Shown: positions 46,725 through 58,203 of the stretch, in pieces
How the letters are laid out: the number at the start of each line of letters is the position of its first letter
How positions within the stretch are numbered: the first letter of the stretch is position 1
Assembly (NCBI GenBank): GCA_040403495.1
Contig: JBBAKM010000007.1
Coordinates: 486 to 64,485, forward strand
Length of the DNA: 64,000 bases
Direction of reading: 5' to 3'
Source of the DNA: Bacteroidia bacterium
GTDB lineage: Bacteria; Bacteroidota; Bacteroidia; NS11-12g; UBA955
The notes under the pieces: model-generated
Seen by the model: the letters and a program-made list of their open reading frames with translations, nothing else
Told to the model about the DNA's origin: nothing
Database searches by the model: none
Position numbers and translations under genes: made by a program

Positions 46725-49394
46725 TTATATCTTGGTAAGCTTAATAAGCTTTGTTTTATTGACAACTAAAGTATAGATACCCGAAGAGAAGTTAGTCAAA
46801 TCAACCATTGAAGATTCATTTGCTTTCAAAACATATACTCTTCCATAAATATCCACTAATTCTAAAGACCAAATAGTTTCACTTGAATTTATTTTAAGCC
46901 AATCTATGACTGGTTGAGGATACACTATTGTTTCATTTGACATTCTTTCATTAACACTTAATTTACCTGCGGTTTTGAACAACCAATTAGCAGTATCGAT
47001 ACCTTCATAAAAGATACCTAATTCATTTTTCACAAAATTAGATGGAATTTCAATTCCAATGAATGCACCATTTGCAAAACTCTGACTAGGCGTAACAGTT
47101 AATACACTATCTAACAAGGTTAATTCACTACTATTAGCAGATATGGTTTTAAACAATTGTTTATTTTGATATACTTTTATTTGACTACCTGCATTCAATG
47201 TTACATTTTGGTTAAACTTAATCGTCAACGGTGATGTTGTAGAGATGTCTTTAGACAAATGTAAAGGGGTTAACTGACTCATTTTTGGAGAAGCTGCCAT
47301 AGTGAAGTACCAAGTTCCATAAAAGATAGGGGAACTTTTTTGACCATACACATCAATAAAACATGAATCGGTTGCTATAACCACAAATGAACCTGGCTTA
47401 AATGCTTCAGCAGGTGTAATTGTAACCACAGAATCTACTACTTGTATGACACTACTTCCTACTGCAATAGTTTCTTTTAAACTTCCGTTTACAAAAATTG
47501 AGATATTACAATTGTTTGCCTTACTAACATTATCTTTATAGGTAATAGTTGGTAATACATTTGGCAATACATTCACTTTTAAATTTTCAGGAGACAAACG
47601 ACTCACTTCAGGTTTCTTTTCAATAGTATAAAAGAACCAATCTGTAAGTTTAATTTCAGGTGCATAAATATTGAAAGACGAATCTCTGAAAGAATTGGCA
47701 GTAACGCTTACTTCAATTTTTGAATTAATAGGCAAATCTTTCACAGGATTAATTACAATAAGTCTTCCATTTGCTCTAACATTATTAGATGTTACATTGA
47801 TTGTTTCAAACAATGTATTGTTAGCATAAATCCTTATTGTACCTGCTAGTCTTTTCAAAACAGTTTCATCAAACTCAATAGCTAAATCATCATTTGGCAA
47901 TATCATTTTAGCATCTTTTGTAGGAGATAGTTTAACTAACTTAGGAGCAACATTTTCATAATTGCAGGTGTATGCACGAGAATTTCTCTCAATTGCCCCT
48001 TTTGAAGTTAGAGTTTTATTCTTAAAAGCCCCGAATGAATTAGGATAATACGAACATCTAAAAACAGCACCATTGCCAAAGGCTCCATCTGCGCTAATGG
48101 TATTACCTACTAATGGATTTTTATATTCCCAAACAATTTTCTTTTGTGGAGTAACTTCAAAAAAGCGACCTTGAACACCACTACAAATCAATGTATTTCC
48201 ATTGGGCAAACGATTTGCCCCAGAGATAACTACTGAGAAAAATGCTGTAGACACAGAATCCTTGTAAGTCCATGAAAAGTTATTAGGACCGTATGGTAAA
48301 TTCATTTTATAAGCATTATTAGACAAATCGGGAATTTGAAACACATCAACAGTCGAATATAAAGTATCTCTTTCTTGACCATTATTGAAAATCATAATTT
48401 TACCTGAATCTAAATATCCACCTGGAATCCAATGAGCGTCATGTTGTTTAAACATTTTACGATCATTTTTTGTACCCCAACCATAGGCTTGTGGATTTCC
48501 CCAACGGTATATAATATCTCCTCCCATTCCTGAGTTTCCCCCTTGATGCGTTCCAGCTTCAGATTTAGTTGTACTATGATCAATGACCCAAACTTCTGAA
48601 ATATTATGGGTACTTATAATAATTTGATCTGTTTTTGCATTGTAAGCAACAGAATTGGCATGAATCCAATCGTATGTTTTTAAATTGGTTGCGTAATTAA
48701 TATTCATCAACTCAGGGTGGTCTGATACAACACCAAAATTAGGTTTACTAGGATCAAAATCTTGAATAATATGGTCAAATAAATCCCATTGCCATACAAT
48801 TTCAGCGCTGTCTTTTCCAATTGGACGTAATTCAATAATTCTCTCTCCCCACAATTCGTCTCCTGCGGGACCTTGTTGGAAATTCTCTGGCCTACGACCT
48901 AAATCTAATGCCTCTGTTTTGGAAATATGATGCCAAGCCAAAACTAAAATATTTCCATTTGGCATCACTTCAATGTCATGGTGCTGGGTTAATGAATCAT
49001 TGAATATTTCATAACTCCATAATAACTTACCAAACCAATCATATTCTTCGATATAACCACCTTTTCCACCAGCTGTCAAAAAACTAGTATCACTGTGAAC
49101 ACCTGTTTTTATTAAATGACCATCAGCTGTTAAATAAGAGGATAAACTAGGAGGTGTAAGCGTTGTCCATTGATGTACTTTTTGACCACATTTATTGATC
49201 AAATAAGTAGTATCGCAATTAATAGGAGAAAATAGAATGTATCCATTTTCATCGTTACCGGGGAGTTTCTTCTTTAAACCGAATGTTTTCTGAGCATAAG
49301 ACTGAGAAAAAGAAGAATTAACAAAAAAAAGAACGAGTGTTAAGAGAGAGAAAAATTTGTTCATAATTAGAAATCTTTTTAATAAAGCATGCAA
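46725..49394 (-). CDS. Arylsulfotransferase (ASST)-like beta-propeller protein with Ig-like repeats and a T9SS type-A C-terminal sorting domain
   Basis: 889 aa with a signal peptide. The ASST-like blocks 'HHDIEVMPNGNILVLAWH' and 'HANSVAYNAKTDQIIISTHNISEVWVIDH' are present. The C-terminal 'YPQPVIDWLKIN…GIYTLVV' is the CTD. Confidence 0.5.
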   Translation of the reverse strand: MHALLKRFLIMNKFFSLLTLVLFFVNSSFSQSYAQKTFGLKKKLPGNDENGYILFSPINCDTTYLINKCGQKVHQWTTLTPPSLSSYLTADGHLIKTGVHSDTSFLTAGGKGGYIEEYDWFGKLLWSYEIFNDSLTQHHDIEVMPNGNILVLAWHHISKTEALDLGRRPENFQQGPAGDELWGERIIELRPIGKDSAEIVWQWDLFDHIIQDFDPSKPNFGVVSDHPELMNINYATNLKTYDWIHANSVAYNAKTDQIIISTHNISEVWVIDHSTTKSEAGTHQGGNSGMGGDIIYRWGNPQAYGWGTKNDRKMFKQHDAHWIPGGYLDSGKIMIFNNGQERDTLYSTVDVFQIPDLSNNAYKMNLPYGPNNFSWTYKDSVSTAFFSVVISGANRLPNGNTLICSGVQGRFFEVTPQKKIVWEYKNPLVGNTISADGAFGNGAVFRCSYYPNSFGAFKNKTLTSKGAIERNSRAYTCNYENVAPKLVKLSPTKDAKMILPNDDLAIEFDETVLKRLAGTIRIYANNTLFETINVTSNNVRANGRLIVINPVKDLPINSKIEVSVTANSFRDSSFNIYAPEIKLTDWFFYTIEKKPEVSRLSPENLKVNVLPNVLPTITYKDNVSKANNCNISIFVNGSLKETIAVGSSVIQVVDSVVTITPAEAFKPGSFVVIATDSCFIDVYGQKSSPIFYGTWYFTMAASPKMSQLTPLHLSKDISTTSPLTIKFNQNVTLNAGSQIKVYQNKQLFKTISANSSELTLLDSVLTVTPSQSFANGAFIGIEIPSNFVKNELGIFYEGIDTANWLFKTAGKLSVNERMSNETIVYPQPVIDWLKINSSETIWSLELVDIYGRVYVLKANESSMVDLTNFSSGIYTLVVNKTKLIKLTKI

Positions 49395-49547
49395 ATATTA
49401 AATAAATTTGAACACTAACGTTCATTTCATATAAATAATGACAGTCTTATGACAAAGTCAAAATGTTTGAAAATCAATAAATTAACATTGTATATATCTA
49501 AATTGTTTATAAATTAACTAATTTCTATTAAAAGTAAATAATACCTA

Positions 49548-52500
49548 TTACTGAATCGTGTATCTTAACTTAGCACCAAAAGTTGTTAATGCTGTTGGAA
49601 ATGCATTGGAAGCATAAGGAGTGGATGCTCTTCTGTCATAGAATATCGTTAAATTGACATTGGAGTTAACCATGTAATTAATATTTGGACGAATTAGTAC
49701 TACTCTTTGTCCGTTTGCAGCTGTATTGGTATTTTGGTCTACTTTACGAATAATAGTGTAGTTATTTTGAATACTTACATCCAAATCCATTTGTAAATCA
49801 TTCACTAAATTTACTCTTTTACCATTTACTTTTATTGGCAATTTTATTCCATTTACCCTATATCCTAATCTAAACACCATTTCTTTACTGCTCATTTCCG
49901 TTACATTGGCATTGGGAACAAACAAGGTTATATTCCTATTAGAGTTGTATTTAAAGTTGGTGGTAATCCCTGATTTTGTAGTTAAGTCAATCCCAATTAA
50001 CGGGTTAAATTGTTCACGAATAGAAACATTATTAATATTCAACTGACTCACCAAATCTTTGCCTCTTTCTGCTGTTGCTTCAGGATTGTATTGCAAATTA
50101 CTGGTATAGCCACTTACATTATAATTTCCTACATATCTGTGTTGAATGGTTACGTTTGAAAATATTTTTCCAACTGCTTTTATTTTACTGAGTCCATTAT
50201 AATTAATAGCCCAGTTTGGCAATGGTAAATTCCTGAATGGACTAAGTGAAACCGACGATTGATTTGCCCCTGAATAAGCCGCTAAAAAGGCAGGAATTAA
50301 GGTATTTTGAGCGGTAGCGCCATATCCAAAATAGTACTTTCCTCTGTTTGTTGTATCAACTCTTTTATTCACTACCCTGTCATCCAAATTAGCTTGACGT
50401 TGTGAAATTACAAACCTGTAGTTTTCAAAGTTATCATAATTTTTACTTACCCATCCATTTTTAGCATTGACTGGATCATTGGCTGTTTGGATAAATACAC
50501 TTGACATTGAGAAATTCCCTGTTTCTGTCATTGCAAAATCTCTCCAGTCTCTTAAGGTATCGTCATATCTAAACAAAGACTGTATGGAATTCATTTGTGA
50601 CAAATTAAAATTCACTTGAATCCTAAAATCTTTCATAGGTTCTAGTGTTGCATTTCCTTGTATGGTTTTGGAATTAGTTTGGGTGTAAAAATTGTTTAAC
50701 CTTAAATCATTGCTCAAATTGCCATTTTGCGCCAAATTATAACGGGTATTATTTTCTTGACTTCCCAAAATAAATGGCAAACCAGGCGCATTTTTGGCAA
50801 AATTTTGACCGAAGTAATCGATTTGCTCATTGAAACCAGGCAATAAAATCCCTTGTCTCAAGGTATAATTCACACTACCATTTCTCAACATCATCAATGC
50901 TCTTAAAAAACCAGTTCCTGGCGATGGCTTTTCTTTTTCGTTCTTATTTGTGGCAGCTGAACCTTGATCTTTAGGGTCTTTAACTGGTGGTTTTTTGGTA
51001 CCCCCTTGGTTAATTTTCTTTAAGAACGGAATTTTATTGTATAAGTTAACAAAGTTAAACTGTGAATTCACATTCAAATCTCTACTATTTGAAATCGTAT
51101 TTCCAAACGTACTGAAAGCAGGTGGCGCTTGTGTCCAACCATAATTGGCCCCATATTTCACTTGGGTTTGAATCCAATTCAAAAATCCAACCTTAGCAAA
51201 AGGCACGGTATAGTTAAACACTGCAATCTGATTAAAATCTCTCATTCTTCCCAAAGCCCAAAAATCCTTGCGAATACTGTCTCTTTGTAAGTTATTGGTA
51301 ATTTCACCAAATGGTTCTTGAACACGGCTATTGACCGTTGCTGAATAATCTAATTTTAAACTTTTGGTGAAAGGAAAGTTAACATTAAACACCCTTTGCA
51401 TGGTAAAGTTCTTATCAAACAATCGAGGCGTTATTTGTTTAAATAAATCATTCGAACGGCTTAATTTTTCTGAATACAATCGGTCTACATCAAAACGAAT
51501 TAATATGGTTTGTGGCAAGTAATTCAGGTTGAAATCACGCAAAATCTGAAGTTTCTTGTTTTTAATAAACTTGAACGGTTCCCATGGTTTTGACTTAGGA
51601 TTGTAAGTATATCCTAAACTTCCGTGATAGGTTTTAGTAAATTGATCTTCGACCTGAATGTTACGACGCTTTAAGTGAATAAATGAATAGGTTAAGTTGA
51701 AATTAGAAATACTCCAAGGCATTACAGGACCTGTTCCGGTGTGATTTTTCCTAACGTTTGTAAAATTTATACTGTACCTTGAATTGTAATCTTCGGCCGC
51801 TCTTAATACTTCTTTTTTCTGATCTTCAGGCAAACGGGCAACAGAAGATTTCAACTCTACGTCGGGATTCAAAGGATTGAACTTAGGACGCATAATAGTT
51901 CCACTGTAACCAATAAACATTGGAATATTTACCCCTGCTTTTTGTGGGAAAAACTTACCTAATTCAAAAGCAGATGACAAATCATATTGGTAATTGTCGC
52001 TCAAATTACGTTCATTTAATCGTTTGTCTATGCCACCAAAACCGATAGTTGAAATATTTCCTGAAGCAGATAAGGTTGCAAAATCTGCCATTTGAGCCAC
52101 CACACGTCCTGTTGTAGCCCAACCACCTTTGTTGGAAATATCCGTAACACGCATTTCATTGAACCACACTTCCCCACACTTAGGATTGTCGGTATTGTTT
52201 CGAATACCAAGCATTATCACCCTTACATTGCTCAAATCAGGCAATCCTAAAATGGTAATGCGGTGTCCTTTTTCATTGAAATAGAAAAATGGTCGATTTA
52301 GTTGAACATTAGCATCTTCCCTTTTAGTTTTTGAATTGAATAAATCTGCCAAAGCAAAATTTAATTCATTTTCAGCCATCCAAATTCTATCAGGAGCTAT
52401 AGTTCCATTAGGTGTTATTTTTAAAGGAATTTCATACTCGTAATAGTTACCAACCAAATCTGTTCCTATTCTGATAAATGCTGACAAATCGCCATCATTC

Positions 52501-55500
52501 AATTGGTCGCCCTCGGCGTGAACAAACATTTTAAAATTCTTGTAATTTCGAATATCAAAATTCAAGGCTTTAAACGCTCCTCTTGCATCACCTGGTTTTA
52601 AATTACACACTCTTAATGAAAGAGATTGTTCGTTTTGTTGAACAAAGTTTTGAGAGGCAGGGTCACGAACACGGTCAATCCCTGGAGGTTCTATGTAGCG
52701 AATAGGTGTTCTTTTTCCGTTTTCTTCAATGTTAACTGTAGAAACGACAAAAGCTGTATTATCATTAGGGTCTAAAGGAACTACAGCACCTGGTGTAGTC
52801 ATAGAATTGGTATACCTTCTCCAGTCGGCACGTACTAATTGGAAATTTGCCATCCTCAAAATTGTGCTGTCGGTAAACCCTTTTAGATACATTCTCATAA
52901 AACGTATTGACTTAAAATCAGAGATATTTCCAACGGTTCTGGTGTATTCACGAATTGGAATTTTTAATTGAATCCATCTAATTTTTTCGGTTTTACCATT
53001 TTTTAGTAATTTATTGACTTCAGAAATATCGGTCACAAAACCTTTTCCAATCTCAATATCATCTGGACTTAAATTTACTTCGTAATTAAAGTAATCTTCC
53101 GTTTGATTCATGGTAAAATCATTATTTATGTCTTCGTTATCAGGTAAGTTGGTAGCAGATTCAGGTGAACCATCAGGCAATTTATTAAGCGTTGAATTCC
53201 CCTCCAAATTATTGAATTTTTTATATCTGCTGATAACTGATGCCAACTCAGAATCGTAAGCAGCAATTCTATTGTGTGCGTAATTATCATTAGCAGGGTC
53301 TTCAAAGGCTTTTAAATAGATTTGGGAATTTGCCCCAAAAACATCTCTTAAAGAATCTAAATATTTGGAATAGAACAAGCGTTCATCTTGGTCGTTCATT
53401 CCATCTAACCCCACATCTTGAAAAGGTCGAGCTGAAGGCTCATTATCAAATGCGTTATTTAATTGAGGTAAAACAGGGACTCTTCCAAAAACAGAAGTAT
53501 CAGCATCTCCCAAATTGCCCAAAGGACTGAATCCATTTTCGAAGGTTTTTCTTCTGTCAGGCAAAATATCCTCACTTACGTTACCCAAATCAATGTACAA
53601 TTTACCCTTGTTTGAGCCAGTAGAATTGTAAAAGAACGGATCCATCATCCATATTTCGATATAATCAATATTGGCTGCCTCAAAGTCGTTACTTTCAATT
53701 CTTCTCATTATTCCACCCCAAGTATTTTCAGGTTTATTAAAAGACCCATTTGCGTTAAAATCACTTGAGTTTGGATTGAAGTTATATTGACCTCTCTCTT
53801 TTGGGAAATAAGCCAAATCAAAAGTAGATAAAATATTAGGTGCGCCTTGTTGAATTTGTTTGTTTGGAAAAACCTCAGTTACCGTAACCTCTCTCATGTA
53901 ATGATTACTTTGCATTTCCACATCACTTGCAATGTGGGCAGGCGTAAATCTGTCTCTTCTGTAAAATGTGGGGTCAATATTATACCATGACAATTTAGAC
54001 CTTTGGTAACCCCAAGTCTTTTTATCAGAAGCATTCAACCTCCATTCGGGGAAAAGAAAAGGTTGGTTCTGAGGGATACTTGCTAATTTCCAATTGCTAA
54101 CTAATCTTAAATCAAAAGTAGTTTCAGCCCCTTCAAAATCATCCAAGTAACTAACCCCTCTTTGGTTGTTTTGACCTAAAGCTTTGCCAGGAAATAATCT
54201 TGCATACTCCCCTTGTGCAGACAATTTACTTTCTGCTTTGGTTTGAATAAATGGCAATTTATCTACTAACTTGGTTAAAAACAAGGAAGGCGAATTATAA
54301 CTGAAGTCGACACCAAAAATAGTATTTAAAAGAGGATCGTCATTGATATTAGTTTTGGGAGTTAAAGCTCTTTCATACATGTGTAAGATTGTTCCACCCA
54401 ATAATAATTTTTTGTTCGCAGCATAATCAAAGCGAGTTCCTAGCAATGTTTTTTGTTGAATATTAAACAAACTGTTACTCTCTGATGACACTTTAATAAC
54501 GGCACCTGATTGTAAAATCCCTTGATTGATAATCGTTACTTTACCTGCATTGTAATCAACGATAAAATCCACATTTTCAGTCAATTTAGTTCCATTAGCC
54601 GTAACTACTACAGACCCTTGTGGAACGTTAAGCGCATTTAATGAAATTTCATTACTACTACTTCCTTTGTATGACCCTTTTAAGAAAAACTTGTTGTGAG
54701 TTACATCTTGTTCTGCCATCCACTTGGTACTGTCATACAAAGCATCAAACACATATTTGTCTGCCACTTGATTATTCCCATCAAACTTACTTCTAAGAAA
54801 ATCACCGAAGGGTTCTCTTACAGGAAAAATTACCCTTCCAAATCTACTTTGAAAAGTAATATCTTCAATAACATCTAACACCCCGTCAGGTTTAGGTTCT
54901 GCCTGACGGTTTATTTTATCCATATTCATTACTCTAATTAATGGATTACCATTGCTTAATTGAGGGAAATTTTGAACCGGCATGTAATTCAAATCAGCGC
55001 CAGAAGGGTCATCATTATAAATAACGTTAAAATCCAAATCGGAAGTATTGATATTAAAGGAACCTAACGAGTAAATATTTTTCATCATCAATTCCCACAT
55101 AGGAATTTTGGTTCTGATGATGTTATTTTTTAACATTTTCACCATCAAAACTCTACTGTTTGCACGGTCGCTTGCTACTTCTGAGGCAAACTCCCCTACT
55201 TTGTATATTTGACCATTGAAAGTGTATTCAAAAGCAACCGCTAAAATCTCATCATTATTGAGCGCTGTATTTAAGGATACATATCCCAATCTTTGGTTAA
55301 CGTTAAATTCATTTTCGTTCAACTGTCGGGCATACGTCAAAAGCTCGTAATCCAAACCTTGTTGATATTGGGGATACTGACTATTTAATGCATCAATTGT
55401 AGATTTGGACAAACGAATGTTATTACTTCCCGGACCATTTGTGAAATTATCGTAAATGGTATTGTGATTGTTCGAAGTTCTTGGGTCAAGGAAACCTGGG

Positions 55501-56786
55501 ATTCTAGCATTTGTATTGTAAGGATTGGTTTCACCCAAATCCATTATAGACAATACATCTCTGGTATTTTCAAAATTTCCACTTCTATTGGTAACCCATA
55601 TTTCAACACGGTTAATAAAGACACCTGAAGCAACAAGAGGTAAATTTGACAAGGCATTGTCATATTGGTCTTTGAAAAACTGACCTAAAAAGTAGTGTCT
55701 GTTTTGGTCGTAGTTGTGCGCTTGAATATTGAATTGTGTAATTTGAGCACCTCCATTAACCGTTGTTTCTGTTCTTTGCCCTTTGTTTTGCGTGGCTATT
55801 ACAGACATTTTCAATCGACCAAACTGCCAATCTGTTTTAATCCCAAATAGAGATTGTCCTGCTTGTATTAAACTTCCGTTTAAAGGCAAACTCACATTAC
55901 CAAGTTCTACCTTTTTCAACATTTGGTCTTCCTTACCTACCCAATCCAATTTGGTTTGATTATCAAAATCAAACGTTGCATCGGTATCGTACTTGATTCC
56001 TAAGTTAAGTGCATTTCCAATTTTTCCGGTTACGTTTAATTGTATTTTTTGGTCAAAATCAAACTGACCTGTTTTTTGTTGTCTTGCACTAAATTGTGGG
56101 TTCCTAACAGTATTAAAATTTCCACCAAAAGTTAATTCAGCCGATCCACTTGGTTGAATATCAATAAGACCACCTCTGAATACTTTGTCTAATACATCTG
56201 GCGTTTTAATTAATTCAATCTTGTTATTGTTGTTGTAACCACTAGAACCTGCATTACTTTTGGCACGTTGGTCATAATAACGTTTGCGTTCATCTGCTGC
56301 GGTTTCTGCCAAATATTCATCTCTTGTTAATGACTTAACCAATGTTTTGCGACCACCTACTTGCTTGTAAACATCATATCGTTTGGTCTGAGGATTGTAT
56401 TGAACGTCTTTTTTTACAGAAGGATCTAATAAGTCGATGTTATTTTTATAGTCAGGTTTATCGTCTTTTACGTTGTCTTTTATTGGAAATGCTAATTTAC
56501 CTGAATCTTTACCACCTTTTTTAGTAGTATCATTTGGAGAAATTAAATTTAGCTGAGTTTCTTCAACAGGAAATGATGAAACAATTGATTCTTTTTTTGA
56601 TTTTGGGGATTCTACATTTTCAGACTTTTCATTTGATTCCACGAAAATAGAATCAATGATTGAAAGCATGTCAGCACTGAACATACCTCTATACGACCCT
56701 CCCAAAATGGGCAGAGTAAAACAAAACAGAACGAATCCAATAAGATTCTTATGTCCAAGCCTACTGGCGCTTTTTAAAAAATCCAC
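49548..56786 (-). CDS. sprA: Cell-surface protein SprA (T9SS outer-membrane translocon Sov/SprA)
   Basis: A 2412-aa ORF with the size, signal peptide and Asn/Gly/Tyr-rich beta-barrel composition characteristic of Flavobacterium SprA. Confidence 0.85.
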   Translation of the reverse strand: MDFLKSASRLGHKNLIGFVLFCFTLPILGGSYRGMFSADMLSIIDSIFVESNEKSENVESPKSKKESIVSSFPVEETQLNLISPNDTTKKGGKDSGKLAFPIKDNVKDDKPDYKNNIDLLDPSVKKDVQYNPQTKRYDVYKQVGGRKTLVKSLTRDEYLAETAADERKRYYDQRAKSNAGSSGYNNNNKIELIKTPDVLDKVFRGGLIDIQPSGSAELTFGGNFNTVRNPQFSARQQKTGQFDFDQKIQLNVTGKIGNALNLGIKYDTDATFDFDNQTKLDWVGKEDQMLKKVELGNVSLPLNGSLIQAGQSLFGIKTDWQFGRLKMSVIATQNKGQRTETTVNGGAQITQFNIQAHNYDQNRHYFLGQFFKDQYDNALSNLPLVASGVFINRVEIWVTNRSGNFENTRDVLSIMDLGETNPYNTNARIPGFLDPRTSNNHNTIYDNFTNGPGSNNIRLSKSTIDALNSQYPQYQQGLDYELLTYARQLNENEFNVNQRLGYVSLNTALNNDEILAVAFEYTFNGQIYKVGEFASEVASDRANSRVLMVKMLKNNIIRTKIPMWELMMKNIYSLGSFNINTSDLDFNVIYNDDPSGADLNYMPVQNFPQLSNGNPLIRVMNMDKINRQAEPKPDGVLDVIEDITFQSRFGRVIFPVREPFGDFLRSKFDGNNQVADKYVFDALYDSTKWMAEQDVTHNKFFLKGSYKGSSSNEISLNALNVPQGSVVVTANGTKLTENVDFIVDYNAGKVTIINQGILQSGAVIKVSSESNSLFNIQQKTLLGTRFDYAANKKLLLGGTILHMYERALTPKTNINDDPLLNTIFGVDFSYNSPSLFLTKLVDKLPFIQTKAESKLSAQGEYARLFPGKALGQNNQRGVSYLDDFEGAETTFDLRLVSNWKLASIPQNQPFLFPEWRLNASDKKTWGYQRSKLSWYNIDPTFYRRDRFTPAHIASDVEMQSNHYMREVTVTEVFPNKQIQQGAPNILSTFDLAYFPKERGQYNFNPNSSDFNANGSFNKPENTWGGIMRRIESNDFEAANIDYIEIWMMDPFFYNSTGSNKGKLYIDLGNVSEDILPDRRKTFENGFSPLGNLGDADTSVFGRVPVLPQLNNAFDNEPSARPFQDVGLDGMNDQDERLFYSKYLDSLRDVFGANSQIYLKAFEDPANDNYAHNRIAAYDSELASVISRYKKFNNLEGNSTLNKLPDGSPESATNLPDNEDINNDFTMNQTEDYFNYEVNLSPDDIEIGKGFVTDISEVNKLLKNGKTEKIRWIQLKIPIREYTRTVGNISDFKSIRFMRMYLKGFTDSTILRMANFQLVRADWRRYTNSMTTPGAVVPLDPNDNTAFVVSTVNIEENGKRTPIRYIEPPGIDRVRDPASQNFVQQNEQSLSLRVCNLKPGDARGAFKALNFDIRNYKNFKMFVHAEGDQLNDGDLSAFIRIGTDLVGNYYEYEIPLKITPNGTIAPDRIWMAENELNFALADLFNSKTKREDANVQLNRPFFYFNEKGHRITILGLPDLSNVRVIMLGIRNNTDNPKCGEVWFNEMRVTDISNKGGWATTGRVVAQMADFATLSASGNISTIGFGGIDKRLNERNLSDNYQYDLSSAFELGKFFPQKAGVNIPMFIGYSGTIMRPKFNPLNPDVELKSSVARLPEDQKKEVLRAAEDYNSRYSINFTNVRKNHTGTGPVMPWSISNFNLTYSFIHLKRRNIQVEDQFTKTYHGSLGYTYNPKSKPWEPFKFIKNKKLQILRDFNLNYLPQTILIRFDVDRLYSEKLSRSNDLFKQITPRLFDKNFTMQRVFNVNFPFTKSLKLDYSATVNSRVQEPFGEITNNLQRDSIRKDFWALGRMRDFNQIAVFNYTVPFAKVGFLNWIQTQVKYGANYGWTQAPPAFSTFGNTISNSRDLNVNSQFNFVNLYNKIPFLKKINQGGTKKPPVKDPKDQGSAATNKNEKEKPSPGTGFLRALMMLRNGSVNYTLRQGILLPGFNEQIDYFGQNFAKNAPGLPFILGSQENNTRYNLAQNGNLSNDLRLNNFYTQTNSKTIQGNATLEPMKDFRIQVNFNLSQMNSIQSLFRYDDTLRDWRDFAMTETGNFSMSSVFIQTANDPVNAKNGWVSKNYDNFENYRFVISQRQANLDDRVVNKRVDTTNRGKYYFGYGATAQNTLIPAFLAAYSGANQSSVSLSPFRNLPLPNWAINYNGLSKIKAVGKIFSNVTIQHRYVGNYNVSGYTSNLQYNPEATAERGKDLVSQLNINNVSIREQFNPLIGIDLTTKSGITTNFKYNSNRNITLFVPNANVTEMSSKEMVFRLGYRVNGIKLPIKVNGKRVNLVNDLQMDLDVSIQNNYTIIRKVDQNTNTAANGQRVVLIRPNINYMVNSNVNLTIFYDRRASTPYASNAFPTALTTFGAKLRYTIQ

Positions 56787-57099
56787 TTACAAAAAATTAC
56801 TTAAAATACTAAAAATCAATGTGTAATGTTACTAACAATAGGCTTTTGGTGTTTATTATCGATGTGCGAATATAACGAAGTTTTGAAATAATTATTGTTT
56901 TTAAGAAAATTTTGACAAAATCATTGCAAAAAATATATATAACACACTGAATAACAATTAATTAATCCTATAATTCAAATTCAATCATAATTTAAATTAT
57001 TTTAATAAGTAATACCTTATTTAATAAACATATACACTTTTCAATTCTTTAAATAATTGCCTATTATAAATATTTAAATCATTTGTTTAAATTTGCGAT

Positions 57100-58203
57100 G
57101 TGTTCAAACGAAACATTTTATTTATTGTAATTTTTACGTCTGTTACTTCTTCTTATGCACAAGATGCCTTTAAAGGCTTTTCCGTTAATATGTTTCCCGG
57201 CTTTTTGATTGCTCATCGCGATTATATGGCCAACATGGAAGCACATACTATGGGTATTGAACTCAACTATGTTAGCAATCACACAGGGTGGAATAGCATT
57301 GACCAAAAATACAAACATTTGCGATGGGGAGTGGGTGCCTCTTACTTTAATTTGGGAAATCGCGAAACCAATGGCAGTGTCATTGATGCAAGTCTGCACG
57401 TGGAGGCTAACTTAAAAAAAAGAGCTAAATTCCAAAGCACATTGAGATTTGGTTCGGGAATCGGTTTCCTTACCAAACCTTATAACTTCGATTTAAACAG
57501 AAAGAACAAAGCCATTGGTTCTAGATTGAATGGCAAAATGCAAATCCTCTACAATACCTACCATACTATTTCTCCCAAGCATCAATTGGTTCTTGGCATT
57601 GGCGTTACACATTACAGCAATGGTAATTTCAAACGACCGAATTTAGGAATAAATATGGCTCACCTAAGTGTTGGACTTATTCAACATTTTAATAACCCAC
57701 AATTTAAATCGAAAGACTTACCGACATTGTTCCCCAAAAATGGATTTGAAGTCATGTTTGCCTATGCTAACAAACAAATTGCAGTTGCTGATATTCGCCG
57801 TTTTAACATTTATGCCGCTAGTTTTTTGGCCTACTACCAACATAAAAACAAACCACGTGCTTGGCGATTTGGTCCTGAGTTTTTTATTGACAACACCTAC
57901 CCTTATGAAAAATTCAACCCCAATTCTTTAAAAAACAATCAACTGCATGAAATTACTGAAGTGGCTGTCAAAGTGGGACATGAATTTCAGTTTGGCAGAA
58001 TTGCTATTGTTACCGATTTGGGCACTTATGTTTACAGACCCAATGACTACAAAAAAAGGGTTTATTTTGCCATAGGGTTCAACTATCATTTCAACAAAGG
58101 TATTTTTGTTCAATCGCGACTGAAATCACACATGGCTGTTGCTGATTACTTTTATTGGGGAGCTGGTTATCGTTTCAAAAATCCATTAAATAAAAATGAC
58201 TAA
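57100..58203 (+). CDS. Acyloxyacyl hydrolase / lipid A 3-O-deacylase (PagL-like) outer-membrane protein candidate
   Basis: 367 aa with a signal peptide and beta-strand-rich sequence containing conserved H/S candidates. The assignment is by family resemblance only. Confidence 0.35.
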   Translation: MFKRNILFIVIFTSVTSSYAQDAFKGFSVNMFPGFLIAHRDYMANMEAHTMGIELNYVSNHTGWNSIDQKYKHLRWGVGASYFNLGNRETNGSVIDASLHVEANLKKRAKFQSTLRFGSGIGFLTKPYNFDLNRKNKAIGSRLNGKMQILYNTYHTISPKHQLVLGIGVTHYSNGNFKRPNLGINMAHLSVGLIQHFNNPQFKSKDLPTLFPKNGFEVMFAYANKQIAVADIRRFNIYAASFLAYYQHKNKPRAWRFGPEFFIDNTYPYEKFNPNSLKNNQLHEITEVAVKVGHEFQFGRIAIVTDLGTYVYRPNDYKKRVYFAIGFNYHFNKGIFVQSRLKSHMAVADYFYWGAGYRFKNPLNKND